A DNA stretch of 64,000 nucleotides. It comes from Malacoraja senta. Taxonomy: Eukaryota. Where the stretch lies: positions 124,001 to 188,000 of the forward strand of contig JAXLNO010000357.1 in assembly GCA_038087875.1 (NCBI GenBank), read 5' to 3'. The notes beneath the pieces are model-generated. The model did no database searches and was not told where the DNA came from. It saw nothing but the letters and a program-made list of their open reading frames with translations. Shown piece after piece: positions 1 to 13,827 of the stretch (positions within the stretch are counted from its first letter, which is position 1; each line of letters opens with the position of its first letter). The position numbers and the translations under genes are program-made.

Positions 1-1629
1 GATGAAAAATTATTTATTTCCCTACTTGAAAGTAAAGAAAGAGAGAGGGCATCTTCATTCCCCATTCTGAGTTGTCTGAACTGCTGATGACTATTTCAAT
101 TAATTTTTTTAGGGCAATAGAACAGAAACTTTCCTTTGTATTAAAAGACCATCTAATGTGGGAAAAATGACAATCAAAGTGAACATGGTACTCAGACAGA
201 GATTTCTGAAGGAGATTAGGAATGTCAGATGAGAGAATGGGAGGCAAAGATTCACAACAACATCAACAAAACCAGCATTTAAATCTATTGTGGTATTAAA
301 ATTAAAAAAAATCTGAATAAGTATGTACAGCGAATACAGGAAGAATTATCTATTTGCTTGAATAAGGACTGCATTGTTAAAATATATTTCTGGCTCTTGA
401 ATATTAAATTCAAATGTTTGATTTTTTGGGTTTGACAAGTATCAGTTTCAGATATGCTTTTCGCTTGTTTGCTTAACGCAGATGGCAAAAGTATTTATTG
501 CCAGAGATTATTCTCCAACAAATACTTTAAGATCATTTAATTTCTATGTGATTATCAGTGATTATGATATTAGATAATTGTTTGATATAATTTGTAGAAT
601 CTGAAGACTTGAAATTTACTCTAACAAAGGAAAAGAGGATATTGCATTCAGATCTGTACTATGGTACAGATAAACTTAAACAGGTTTAGACTCTTTCCAT
701 TGATCATGTCTACATTCTAACTGGAAATAGTGAATAAAAAACATGTTGTTTCCATTTTATTCAAAGTTGAATCACTCACTTGAGTAAAGGCACCAAAAGT
801 TCCATGATGAGATTGTATGGAGGTGTGACCTTTCCTCGTCATCCTGACCTTTGGATGGATGGCTTTTGAGTATCTTTCTCACCAAGATTTTTCACTCTTG
901 CAATTTCTCACCTCACAGTTACAATATACAACATTTTCAGTAAGAAATTGATATCAGATACTCGTTCTAGTGGGAAAACATTAAAAATTTAAACCATGGA
1001 TGTAGTTGTGTACAGCAATTAACACAACATGATTCCTATTATTGTCATGAACTACACTACACATGTGATTGTATGACATAGAACAATTCATTCCAATTTA
1101 TCAAAACGTCCTATTGCAGTAGTATAGATTTTTTTTGTGGGATGCAAATTCTGAAAGGTCTAAGATTACATGACAATGTGATTCTATTTGCTGATAACTA
1201 ACTTAGCTAAATGAGTTTTCTTCTAGACTAGGCTTATGGTGATTTTGCTTGTAAAAGTGTTGGGAATGGTTAAGTCATAAAACAATTTAAACATCACAAA
1301 GTGTCATCAACAAAGAGGGCTGTTGGGAGAAATAGTATGGATACAGTGGGGAAAGTCTGGAGATTGAGGAAGGACGAATTCTGGCTAAAAACTATTTTGG
1401 GGATATCTAGGCCTAGAGCAACTGTGTTGTAAGAATGTTGAAGCTTTTTTTTTTAATGCTTGAATGGTTACTTGCTATTTGTAAAGCAATATCTGCAGTT
1501 CCTTGTGGCTCTACCTGTTCTTTATTCTGTCTTTAGTAACCATTCCATGCACACATCTCAATTCTTTTGAATTTTTTCATAACAAATAACCTGAATTTCT
1601 TATGGAAATGATAATAATGTTGTTTCACA

Positions 1630-2090
1630 TTATTTAATTCAATCACATTAAGGAGTGTTGAGCTGGTGACTGCCCCTTTGCCATGGGGAAGTTGTGTCAA
1701 TATAACAGGGTGGCCATTTAGGACCAAGGTGAAGAGAAGTTTGTAGATTACTTGCCCCTGACATGTAGGGAGTGATTGCAAAAGTGAGATAACAGAACTG
1801 GTGTGAACGTGATCTATGTTTGCATGGATTCTGTGGGATGAATGGCCTGTTTCCATGTTGTATCTCTCAGTCCATTCAATCAATCGAGTATTCCTATTCA
1901 GATGGTTGCTAATCCTTTGTTATCTACTACCGAGGGAGGAGGATGCTCAATCACTTGTATTTAAGATCAAGACTGATTGATTCTTGGTCATGCCAAGGAA
2001 TCAAGAGGATGTGGGAATCGGAGCTGAGATGTGGGCTTGAGCAAGTAAATCTGACCTAATCCTAATGGATAAATAAGCAGCCTTGAGAAG
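1630..2090 (+). mobile_element. Two degenerate CR1-clade (HER1-like) LINE 3' fragments
   Basis: Tail motifs such as gatgaatggcctgtttccatgttgtatctc and ggaatcaagaggatgtggg resemble the CR1 tails at 3900-4115 and 24060-24280. Confidence 0.5.
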
Positions 2091-3404
2091 CTGCATGACA
2101 TTTTCCTTTTCTGTTTCATCTTCTTCCAATTTGTCACAGCTTTGAAAGCAGGATTTATTTTCCCACTTGTTAGCCGCAAATGTCAAAAGCCAATCATGTT
2201 TCAGATTTGTTCTTGTAATTAAACTATGTTTAACATTTTAAATGATAAGGCTGTGTTGTAATTAAAGGCCACTGTGGCTAATTGCACCATTACTGGCCAT
2301 GTGTGTTATAAATGGACAATCCGGAGACAGGAATAAATGACTACCTTCTGCCTCAATTAATACATACTGCAATTAGTGTTTGAATTTGCATGCAAACTGC
2401 TCATGGATAATGACAATTTCACAACTACATATCCACAGATTTGTAACGTGTCTCATTAACATGCATTGCAATGTAAACACACACCAACACACACACACAC
2501 AGGTACATGTACTAATGACCTTCGTTCCCAAACAAAGACATATGAATGAAAATAAGGTCAGTTTTAAGCCATTTTCTTACTGTTCAATTGTCTGAATACA
2601 ATAACATATTGTTTAAAATAAAGGTTTGTTTGCCTTTTGGCACACATTTGATGTCAGGATGTCATAATGGACTAATTGACATTACTTACACTTGAATCAT
2701 CACTGTTTGGAAATATCCTGCAACAAAACCCTAGGCATTCAAATATAGGAAATAGAAAGAGTAGTAGTTCATTTGGCTCCTGGTCTCTGTTACATTTCAT
2801 AAAATAATGGTTCGTCCTTTAATTTGAAGAAATGTTACTACATTCACTTCATATACCTCATTCCATTAATTTCAAGGCACTGGAAAAACTGATTCTTCAA
2901 AATCCTTCAAATTCACTGGATTGGGAGAAAACAATGTTGGAGAAAGAAAACGTAGAATGGTGGCGTAACTCAGCAAAACATGCAGCATTGCTGGAAGACA
3001 TGGATAGGTGATGTTTTGTGGTCAGCACCCTTCTTCCGTCTGACCCACTGAGTTACTCCACCACTTTATTTTTGTAAACCTGCATTTGCAGTTCCTTGGG
3101 TCTGTACAATATCCGTGTCCTTTTCAAGGCAATATCCGGAGGTTTTTTTTTACGCTCTGTCTACAGTGCTGTGCAAGTAATATTGTTCACAACACTAGAT
3201 TCCTGTAAAAGACCCTGCATGTCATAGGCAAGACAAGCTCTGTCATAAGAAATAATTGCCATATTGAAGGATATAAGATTGAAGGATGGGCTTAAAGCCT
3301 CCTTGAAGAAATGAAGTGTCCCTGCTGACTTCTGAGACTCTCTGCCCCATTGTTGTATTAATTTTATATACCCGAGTCCCTTAATCACCAGGTGGAGAAA
3401 GATC

Positions 3405-4115
3405 ACCTAGAAAGTCCAGAAGTTGGAATGTCATGTTACAGTTGTACAAGATATTGGTGAGGCCACATTTGGAGTATTATGTTAAGTTTTGATCTGCCTT
3501 GCAAGAGGAAGTATGTTGTTAAGCTGGAAAAAGTACAGAGAGGATTTACATGGATGGTAGACACAAAATGCTGGAATAGCTCAGCGGGACAGGCAGCATC
3601 TCTGGAGAAAAGGAATGGGTGATCTTTTGCGTCGAGACCCTTCTTCAGATTTACATGGATATTGCCAGGACATGAGGGTCTGATCGATAGAGAGAGGCTG
3701 AGTGGGGAGGGCTTTATTCCTTGTAGTGTAGGAGGCTGAGTGGTGTTTTATAGAGGGGCCTGAGATCATAACGGGAAGAGATCGGGTACATGCACAGAGT
3801 TGTTTACCCAGAGTAGGTAAATCAAGAACCAGAGGGCATAAGTTTAAAGTGAGAGGGGAAAGATTTAATGGGAACCTGAGGGACAATTTTTTTCCATGTT
3901 GCATGTGTTGGGTATATGGAATGAGCTGTCAAAGGAGGTGGTTAAGGCAGGTACTAAAACAACACTTACATGTCATTTGGACATGTACATTGATAGGAAA
4001 GGTTTAGAGGGATGTGGGCCAAATGTGAACTGGTGGGACTGACGTAGATGGGGCATTTTCGACGGCATGAGTAAGTTGGGCTGAAGGGCATGTTTGCATG
4101 CTGAATGACTATGGC
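3405..4115 (+). mobile_element. CR1-clade LINE 3' fragment, interrupted by a Penelope-terminal unit at 3556-3647
   Basis: LYKILVRPHLEY-like coding remnant (ttgtacaagatattggtgaggccacatttggagtat) and a typical CR1 3' tail. Confidence 0.8.
3556..3647 (-). mobile_element. Short Penelope-terminal (pLTR-like) unit with degenerate hammerhead core and 13-bp TSD
   Basis: Flanked by gatttacatggat at 3543-3555 and 3648-3660; matches the termini of the PLEs at 20092 and 25051. Confidence 0.75.
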
Positions 4116-4696
4116 TCTGATTCTAACTATGTGAGCATTTGGCATGATATTGAGAACTTCAAGGATGTGCACTGGGAGCACTCAAAGGCCGTACATAAGA
4201 AGTGGAAGGAGCTAACCTCCATACAAACTAGCCACCCAACCATTCTTTTAAGCATCGCCTGCCCATCAGCAAACAAAAAATCTGGAGTTCCCCCCCATTA
4301 AGAACCCCCAAAAAGTGGAATGGATGTAATTCATCCTCCATCTCAAGGGATTGCCAAACAAAAAGATCTGAAGATCTATCAGTTGTTGTTTCTCAACAAT
4401 ACAATCGTTGTAGGTTAGTAAAATCTTCACAGACTCCACCGAGGACTGCTACTAGTGGCAAATACTTTTACCTACTTTATTGTGATTTGCCCCAGGAAGA
4501 ACAGAGTGATCTGCCAATTGCTATTGAGTTTTTGTACCCAGACTCTCCTAATATACTTGGCTAGTATCCAAGACAGCTTTTGTGGCTGACTCTTTCATGC
4601 AATTAGTAGGTTACTTTGCAAGCCGTAAATGGCATTAACTGTCTTAATAGGAGAACTAGGCCAATCAGCTGTATTCAGCAAACACGATAGGCAGAC

Positions 4697-5440
4697 AGTT
4701 TTATTGATAAATAATTATTGATAAAAAAATAGATAAAAAAAGAAAAAATAATAGTGTAAAGACAAAAACAATGTCCCAATCTTTACATCGTTCTGAGCTT
4801 ATTAGAAGGTTGTAGTGTTTAATAACCTGAAGGTTGTTGGGAAGAAGCTGCTCCTGAACCTGGAAATTACAGTTTTCTGGATTTTATACTGTCTGGGTGG
4901 TAGGAGTGAAATGAAAGTGTGGCCTGGGTGGTGTGGGTCTCTGATGATGGAAGCAACTACTGTAAATCCCATTGATGGTGGGAAGGTCAGTACATGTGAT
5001 GGAATGTGTGATGTTCACCATTTTTGCAATCATCTTCATTCCTGGCCATTTGTGTTGCCAACCCACGCTGTGATGCAACCAGTCAATATGCTCTCTACTG
5101 TACACACGTCGAAGTTCAAGAGAATATGTGTCAACAAAGCAAAACTTGTCAATCTTCTAAGGAAGTAAGGGCATGGATGAGCTTTCTTTTTAATTGCTTC
5201 AATGTGCTGGGGACCAGGACAGGTCTTCAGAGATGTGCATGCCCAGGATTTTTTGACTCTCTCCACCAGCATTCCATCGCATCGACCCAGTTTGTGGATC
5301 CTCTGCTTTCCTCTTCCAGTCAAGTTACTTCCTTGGTTTTACTGATGTTGAGAGCAAGGTGTTGGTTCTGGCACTATTCGGTTAATCGATTGATCTCCAT
5401 CCATTACTATGACTCATCGCCATCTGTAATTCAGCTGATT
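4697..5440 (-). mobile_element. Rex1/Babar-like LINE 3' fragment
   Basis: The minus-strand ORF has QHIEAIKKKAHPCPYFLRRL, resembling the KKAQQRLxFLRRL C-terminal RT region. Confidence 0.6.
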
Positions 5441-5869
5441 GGCATGTGCTGGTGGTAGTTAGGGAGCGATTTCTTCATGCTGCTTTGTTGAAGTCACCCA
5501 AACGGAAACCCACATGGTCACAGGGAGAATGTGCAAACTCCACACAGACAGCACTCAAGGTCAGGATCGAACCTGAGTCTGCCACTCTGAGGCAGCAGTT
5601 ATACTACCTGCTGCCCCAAAAATGTACTTTTATATCGCTGACACTCTTCAAGGGACTCGGGTGATCCCAGCTGCTTATATCTGACATCTGCCTACTTTTT
5701 CTTGACCAGAATCATCTTGTCATCCAGGATTCCGTACTACTGCAAACTTTGCTTTTCACTCTGATAGAAATATGGTGGCCCTGTGCTCTCATTATCCCAT
5801 GATCAAATTCTCCCACTGAGCAGATGCTCCTTTACTTATAAACAGCCTCCCCAACCAACTACTTAAAGA

Positions 5870-6330
5870 TCCTACGTAGTACCATCAAAATTGCCCTTGC
5901 CCCAACTTTTGACCCAGTCCTATCCTTCTCCCTAACTATTATAAAACTCATAAAATTGTGATCACTGGTACCAAAGTGCTCCCCCATTGATACATCAGTC
6001 ACTTGCCCTGCCTTTTACCCCAAGATGAGGTCGAGTTCTGTCCCTTCTATAGTAAGGCTATCAATACATTGAGAGAATTTTGCCCCTTCCAAGCCCTTTG
6101 AGTTATGGCAGTCCCAGACGATATTTGGAAAGTTAAAATCTCCCACTATTACAAGCCTATTATTCTTGAGGTTATCTGCATTGTTTTTGCTCCTGCTAAC
6201 TATTGAGGCATCTATTGCACAGACCCATCAAATTGATCTTCCCCTTTTCTTTTCTCAATTTACCCATTCAACCTCACTGGATGATCCCCCAGGAATATCC
6301 TCTCTAAGTACTGCCGTGAGGTTGTCTAAT
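5870..6330 (-). mobile_element. CR1-clade LINE fragment (apurinic endonuclease region)
   Basis: The reverse strand of 6110-6153 reads VIVGDFNFPNIVWD, the APE GDFN motif. Confidence 0.7.
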
Positions 6331-7165
6331 CAAAAACTTAACTCTCCCTGCTTCATTACCTCCACCTTTATCCATCCTATACTTCAATGCTCCAAGAATA
6401 ATTTTATACAACTTCACCTATATCTTTTTTTCATCACTGGTTGTAAAGTTTGTTGAATTTTACACTTTGCCATTAATCTCAGGACATTGCAGATTATTGG
6501 ATGCCAAGATGTATTAAAAATGAGATAACAAAAAGCTGAACAATCAAGTGCAATTTTCTTCAAAACTAAACCTGTTTCTTGGTCTGAGATTCGTATTATG
6601 TCTCAAAATTGATTTCACTAGACTGGAAAATTAAAACTCCCTGTAAGGAAAACAATCGTGCAACAAAACCCTGCAACATGTATTGATGGGAGAGAGCAGC
6701 AAATTGAACATTTCAATTTCAATTTGGTCCCCAAATGAATGCAGTGTGGTACTTTGGTTACACATCACACAAAGATACGGACAATCAGAAACATCTTTCA
6801 ACAGATAACCGATTGATTGTGCATCATTAAATTGGCAGCAACCGGCTTATTGTTTGGGAACTTTGACAATGCCTCGTTGAGTAAAGCAACCTATTGACTA
6901 CTTACATTCTGCAAAGGAAACACAAAGCCATAGCAACTGCCATGAAATATTGCCCAGGTTTGCCTGTACGTTTTCACAGAGTACAATATAAACCCCTTCT
7001 GATTTCTGGAAAACATAATATAGTGATTGCAATGTGATTGCAATGTGATTGCAAGTAAATTTCTTATAACTGTACCAAACAAATTAAAAATTGTATTTGT
7101 TTCACCCAACCATTAAGTTGGCAAGAAAGTTTGTCTTTATATATCTGCCAGATGAATCCAAAATT

Positions 7166-7520
7166 CTGAAGAAGCGTCTCGACCCGAAACATCACCCATT
7201 CCTTCTATCCAGAGATGCTGCCTGTCCCGCTGAGTTACTCCAGCATTTTGTGTCTATCTTCAAAATTCATATGTTTTGTCAAACATGAACAGTACATGCA
7301 TAATCTCTGGTGGCATCATAATGTGTGATCAGTGAAAAATGTGTACACATACCATGTTTATTTTTGCTTATTACATGTTGGCTGCCTTAGTCTGAAGAAG
7401 GGTCTCGACCCAAAACATCACCCATTCCTTCTCTCCAGAGATGCTGCCTGACCCACTGAGTTACTCCAGCATTTTGTGTCTACCTTCGATTTAAACCAGC
7501 ATCTGCAGTTATTTCTTACT
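7166..7520 (+). repeat. Two Penelope-terminal units with hammerhead-like core
   Basis: ctgaagaag(c/g)gtctcgaccc(g/a)aaacatcacccattcc at 7166 and 7391; the first is flanked by the 8-bp direct repeat caaaattc (7159-7166 / 7261-7268). Confidence 0.75.
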
Positions 7521-10500
7521 CAAAAGAATATCTCATTGCTCATAGGAATCATCAGAGCACAAACAATATTAGTGTAGGGTTTTCTTCAGTGATGTTAAGC
7601 CTAAGGGATGCATGATATGGGTTAAGGCTCCAGCTAACTCTGAAGTGGGATGGAATTCCGTTAGTTCAGGGACTTTCTGCTTCATTAAAGAGCTATTTCA
7701 AGTTCTGGTTGTGTGGTGGAGTTTCACAATCAGTGAAAATGCAGCACCTTCATGTTGCAGTTCTAATGATAATGACCCTCAGGTATTGCCTGGAATTCTC
7801 ATTGTAAAATCCAGCTTGAAAAATCAGTGAGGCAAGAAAGTGGAGTCAATTTTCAAATCACTGAACAACCAAGTAAGAAAATTATCTTCAAATGGTTTAT
7901 GATAAGCGGCAGCACAGAAAGAACACTGCCTTGATTAAGAAATGTGATCAGAACTGCTCCTTTCCTCTCAGCAAGGAAAGTATGCCAGTCAACACCGCAA
8001 TTTATTTGAGGGATATAAATGACTTAAATGGTTAGCTTTCCGACATGGTTGTGAGGCACAAAACATTAAGTCCGTGAGAGATGAATTTTGGCTAAGTGTT
8101 GACTGTTGGAAATTATGTGAGTAATGCGGTACCTGGGTCATAATCTTGTGCCTGTTTTAGGGACAACTTAATTGAACTCCAAAGTGAAATGTATTCTTTA
8201 ATGGGCCTTTGCATTTTTTCTTAAGGAGTTTTTAAAGTCAATTTTGGAAGTGCGAAACGGGCCTGGAGAACATGGCTACCATGTTCCTGATTCACTGCAT
8301 TTTCAGGACCAATGCTGACACCTATTAATCAGAAATGCTGACAGAGTTAATCAATACTCATTGTATGGGCTCCAAAATTTTCTATCCGAGTGCATGATTT
8401 CATGAATATTCCTCTCTCTATAGATGCAGCCTGACTTGCTGAGTATTTCCAGCATTTTCTGCTTTTCTTTCAGATTCCCTTCATTAGGTTTATTTAACTG
8501 CCCAGCTCCACAGATTAAGGTATGCTCATAGAATGATAAGCCTTTCTTAACAAGTGGGGAATTTAAAGATGGGCTGTTGTTGCTCTGTTATTTTTGAAGT
8601 GATGTTCAGCAATTGTGGAGTTATTAAGGGTTTCCGTTGTAAGCTTTATGGCTCAGCTGCTGGAATGCAAGAGCCAGTTGTACGCAGGGGAAACTGTCTA
8701 ACGCCAGCACATTGGGAATCAAGTTTACAAATTGTCTTCTTTTTCAACCTCACAAGCTGCAGTAGAACCCTGCATCTGTGCCAGACTGAAAATATGGCTC
8801 AGTTACACATCATTCACGGTAAGGATTGGAATGAATTAGAGGCGACAGTTGGCTTTTTGAAGATGTAATCTCCTGGAAAATGACCCAACCTTGTCTCCAG
8901 CCATATCGTAGACATACCATCACCATATCATTATAGAGCTGTCGCCTGGCTTTCTCCAAGATACTTTGTTCCAAATGGTTCAATAAAGATTTTGTGCCTG
9001 TGTCAGTCCTCCTCAGGATGTTTTGTTCTTCATGGTGACAGCTCTGCCAAGGTAATTTAACACTTCCACCAGTTCTACAAGCTCTGTGTCAGCCCTGATT
9101 AGAGTTGTAAACTCAAGCCTGCCGCACAGCATCAGCTTTGATTTCTGTAGATTAGCATATAGTCCCACACAAAGTGGAAGTCACATGATGCCTCTTAGTT
9201 GGACAAGTCAAGGTGTGAATTCATTTATTACAAGTTACATAATGGGTGGAATATGTTAAGAATTATCCCGTACCCTACTTTAAATTTGCCTTTGTCTCCC
9301 GTGTTCCCTTTCACTCAGGCCAAGAGACTGTGGTCATGTACAGTGGAACTCCATATTAGAGTTTTCACGTACATGTTTTAATGTTGATGTTTCCAAGGGT
9401 TTGGCAAATCGTTAAAAATGTATGTTGCTAGGAGTCACATGATACCAATGCACAATTTTCAGTAAGCATTTCATTAATGCACATTGAAAATCAAACTGCA
9501 GGTTAAGCATATCACCTTCAATATTATTTAAAAAGTCAGACAACAGACATGGCAAACTACAGTGGTGTAACACATAGTGGCTATTGCCAGGCAGTAAAGG
9601 TCACTGGAGTTGGGCTATGTTGTGAATTCTCCAACACAAATTGGTATCGATAAACGCAAGAATTACATGACAGAATGCCTTCACTTTGAGTGTGATAACG
9701 ATAAAACAGTGGTTCATTTAATGAATGTTGTCAATCAGGCACCAGATGATATAGCGCCTTAGAGTCAATTTTCATCCATGTCATTTGAGCAAAAGTCTGT
9801 CAGAACAAACGGCCCTCCTTTTAGGGAACGTAATCCATTTTTAAAGGCATAGGAAATGCTGGAATCTGGAGCAAAAGAAAAGTGAACTCGACAAGTCAGG
9901 TAGCATCTGTGGAGGGAAATGGAGAGTCAATGTTTCAGGTCATGACCTCCTCAACTGCTATTCCAGGCACTGAACTTGAGAAAGTCACCCCCACAACAGT
10001 CCAGATGACAGATTTTGACCTGAAGTGTTGACTGACCATGTCCCTCTGCAGATGCTGCCTGACCCTTTGAGTTCTTCCAGCAGCTCTCCTTTTCCATTTT
10101 TTAAAGTTTCATTTAAAAGAATTCTACAACAGTAGGAGACTTTTTCAACTATATTACCATGTATCAATTAATAAAAATGCCTACTCTACCAAACTAAAAG
10201 GTAACAATTTTATTAAAAATCATTAATTGAATATGGGGGTGAAATCTAAGGTCAGGTTTTGCTATATACAATTGCCACTTCTGTTGTAGGAACAACCCAC
10301 TCTGTAGTACATTAATTACAAAGATTTCATGGCCATTGGCAACTTCCCAGCGCCTTGCCAAACTGGGCATTCTCAATGTTACCTTAGACAATAAACCAGA
10401 CTTATGCTGCTGAAGTGCCATGCTGTGACTCCTAAACAATCCTTATATGACATTCTTTGACAAATATTTGCCAGCAAGGGATTTCTGATAACAATACAAA

Positions 10501-11719
10501 GCTATTTGTGCTAGCTCTGTTATTGCCCATGGGGAAATAAACTGAGTAATCTTAACTACTATGTAATGGCCTCCACTTCTGGATGTATTTTACTTTAACC
10601 AGTATTGACCAGAATAGTTTGATTAGCGTTATTGAAAAGATAAGTATTGCACTGCCGCTCAACTGCCGCAGAGAAGATTATGGTTCACTCTGAGATCAGC
10701 ATTGTACGAAGTTCATACTGGAGAAAGTATAAATAGGATTGTTGCCACAATCTGGTAATTTTGATGGACAGTTTTCTCTACTTCTGTTTGGAATTCCGTT
10801 TCATAGAGTGACACAGTAGGAAATTGGTCCAAATATTGTTTGAAGTGGAAATTGCCACTTCTTTGATTATTGGAGTAAGTTCCCATTCCCACTTGCATTA
10901 TTTGCTTCCACTTAGCGAGAACCTGCAGGATAAAGCCAGCACCAACCTTCATCTCTGGGAGAAAGGTGGTTGGGGGGGGGGGGGGGGCAGAGGGGGGAAG
11001 GAGGGTAGAAATTAGGATTCGGGAGTAAAATAAGCGCTATCCATGAAACCTGAAATATTGACGTGACACAAGGCTCATTCCTAGTTTAGCCAGCTGCCAA
11101 ACATATCAAACACTCCATCTGTTTCTGAATTTTATCAACATTCAGAAACATTTTAAAGATATTTCAAAATTCTTAATGCTAAATAAACTAATAACAAACT
11201 GATATAAAATATTTTAAAACAAAGAGTTCAATCTAAATGGAGGTAAGGCTGGCAACAGCTGCCATTAGTTTGAAACTTTCGCAAACATTGGAGCACATGC
11301 AGGGAAATGCCAGCAGCTTCATTGAAATGACACAAATTCCCTACAAAATCTCCAAATGCCACAAAGCACATTCATTACTTGATTAACCATCATCTCACAT
11401 TTGGATAATATCTTTTACGCTATTAACATTTTAGAAGATGAGTTTAACATCTACTCATTGTTTGTTTCCGTTCTCTTAATTTACATCAGAATATGTGGTG
11501 TCACTCGATCTAATAAAACCATAGAAGGAAGAAAGATTTTTATTAAGATCTATTTTTAGTTGTTGTAATCTCCCAAGATGCAGTGGCTGAATAACAACCC
11601 CAAATCTCAACGCATCGGAAGATTGCATAATGAGTATGTGTATTCTGATTTTAAGAAACTCACCAATGTGAGTATCTTTATGGCATTTCTATATATATTA
11701 TATGTTTCTGTCATCGGAG

Positions 11720-12085
11720 CATAGTGTCATAGAGTCATACATCACGGAGACGGGCCCATCGGCCCAACGTGCCCACAACAACCTACATGTCCCATCTACA
11801 CTAGACCCACCTGCATGCATTTGGCCAATATTCCTCTAAACCTGTGCTATCCATGTACCTGTCTAAATGTTTATTAAACATTGTGATAGTACCTGTCTCA
11901 ACTACCTCCTCCGGCAACCAATTCCATACTAATTCCATACACTCACCACCCTTTTCGTGAAAAGGTACCCCTCAGGTTCCTATTAAATCCTTACCCCCTC
12001 ACCTTAAACATATGTCCTCTGGTTCTTGATTCCTCAACTCTGGGCAAGAGATTCTCTGGTTCTACCTAATCTATTCCTCTCATGT
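11720..12085 (-). mobile_element. CR1-clade LINE 3' fragment
   Basis: Reverse-complement similarity to the 3800-4115 tail. Confidence 0.7.
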
Positions 12086-12411
12086 GTCATGGGGTTTAAA
12101 TGTCAGTTCCAACAGCTCAACATGTCATTTGTCACTATACTCCATATAGGTTACACATCTCAGAACTATATTAATATTGATTTGTTTTAACAAAAAAAAT
12201 CTCAAACACAAAGATGGACAGACATTTGGACTGACAACATCATGAAAGTTTAACAATGAGCAGCCAAAATGGCTTAGAAGAAAAATTACTTGATGTATCA
12301 GGTAAATGATGCGAACTATTCCACCTATTGATTTTATGGAGTAGCGTTTTGGTTGGACTGAGAGAAAGCAATATATAAATTGACAAGTGTTATTGTTCTT
12401 AAATATAAAAG

Positions 12412-12650
12412 GGCACAAAGTGCTGGAGTAACTCAGCAGGTCAGGCAGCATCTGGCAGAACATGGATAGGTGATGTTTTGGGTCAAGTCCCTTCTTCAGA
12501 CTGATTGTAGTGGGGGGAGAAAAAAGCTAGAAAAGGAGAGAGGTGGGACAAAGTGTGGCAGGTAATAGGTCAACACAGGTGTGGGGATTTCTTGACCAGC
12601 AGATGGTTGGAATAAAGGCCAGAGATAAGAAAAATAGGTGTGATACAGGT
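12412..12650 (-). repeat. Penelope-terminal unit
   Basis: cacaaagtgctggagtaactcagcaggtcaggcagcatc...cccttcttcagactg, same family as 22245 and 25051. Confidence 0.7.
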
Positions 12651-13018
12651 TTGAAGAGTTGTGGATTATGAGGCCTGGTTTGCGTGTATCATTAATAAAG
12701 CCATAAATGTCCTTTGTCCATCCTTAATTTCCTTGAGATGGTGATGGTGAGGCTTCTTTTTAAAATGTTGTAGTTCTTCTGACCCATAGTGCTGGTTAGA
12801 TCAGAGCCAGGGATTTAGATCCAGTGATAATTAAAGAATTTCCAGGCCATGAATACATGCAACATTGGCGATGAATACATGCAACATTGGAGAGCAACCT
12901 ATACCTGTAAGTGGGAAAATTCCTCTGTGCCTATTCTCTTTGACCAGTGTGATGGTAGTGATTGTAAGTTCATGAAATGATGAGAGAATATCATGGGCAA
13001 GTTACCAATGTACTTTGT

Positions 13019-13298
13019 AGTTTAGTTTCGTTTATTGTCACGTGTACTGAGCTTTTTTGTTGCATGCTGTCCAGTCAGCGGAAAGACTATACATGATTAC
13101 AATCGAGCCGTCCACAGTGTACAGATACAGGATTAAGGGGATAACATATAGTGCAAGATTAAGTCCAGTAAAGCCGATGAAAGATAGTCCAATGGTCTCC
13201 AATGAGTTAGATGGCAGCTCAGGGCTGCTCTCTAGTTCTTGATAGGATGGATCAGTTGCCTGATGACAGCTGGGAAGAAACTGTCCCTGAACCTGGAA
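13019..13298 (-). mobile_element. Rex1/L2-group LINE 3' tail
   Basis: tttattgtcacgtgtac start (reverse of a gtgacaataaa tail) and gggaagaaactgtccctgaacctgg, shared with the 4840-4863 fragment. Confidence 0.55.
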
Positions 13299-13827
13299 TG
13301 ACATACATTACAGTCATGTGCAAGATTGGTGGAGGGAATTAACATTCATGGAGATGGATGGTGCAGGTTTGCTTTGTCCTGAATTGTATCAAGTTTCTTG
13401 AATGTCACCTGAGCTGACAAGTGGAGAGAATTGCCTTGTGCTCCTGCCTTCTAGATGTTTGAAGGGCTTTATGGTGCCAGGGAATAGGTCCCACGCCACA
13501 GGATGCCCAGCCTCCGACCTATTCTTTAGCTGCAGTATTTACGAAGCTCTTCTAGCTGCCCCTCTGAACAATGTTAAGTTATGATGCTAACTATGATGGA
13601 AATCCAACATGGTAATGTAATTGACTATCAAGTGTGAGTGACTGGACTCCCTTATTGGAGATGAATGTTGCTTGTCACTTTTATGGTACAAATGTCAGTT
13701 TATCATCCCAAGCCTGCACATTTATCTACAGTAGATTGCTGCATGCAAGCATTTGGCTGCTAAGGAGTTACAAATGGAGTTGAACATTGTGTAATCATCA
13801 TCAAACATCCCCGCATTTGACATTATG

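Noticed and set aside
1..13000. Short ORFs and possible exons in the first 13 kb
   Set aside because: I could not build a phase-consistent exon chain or recognise protein motifs beyond transposon remnants. An unrecognised small exon cannot be excluded.
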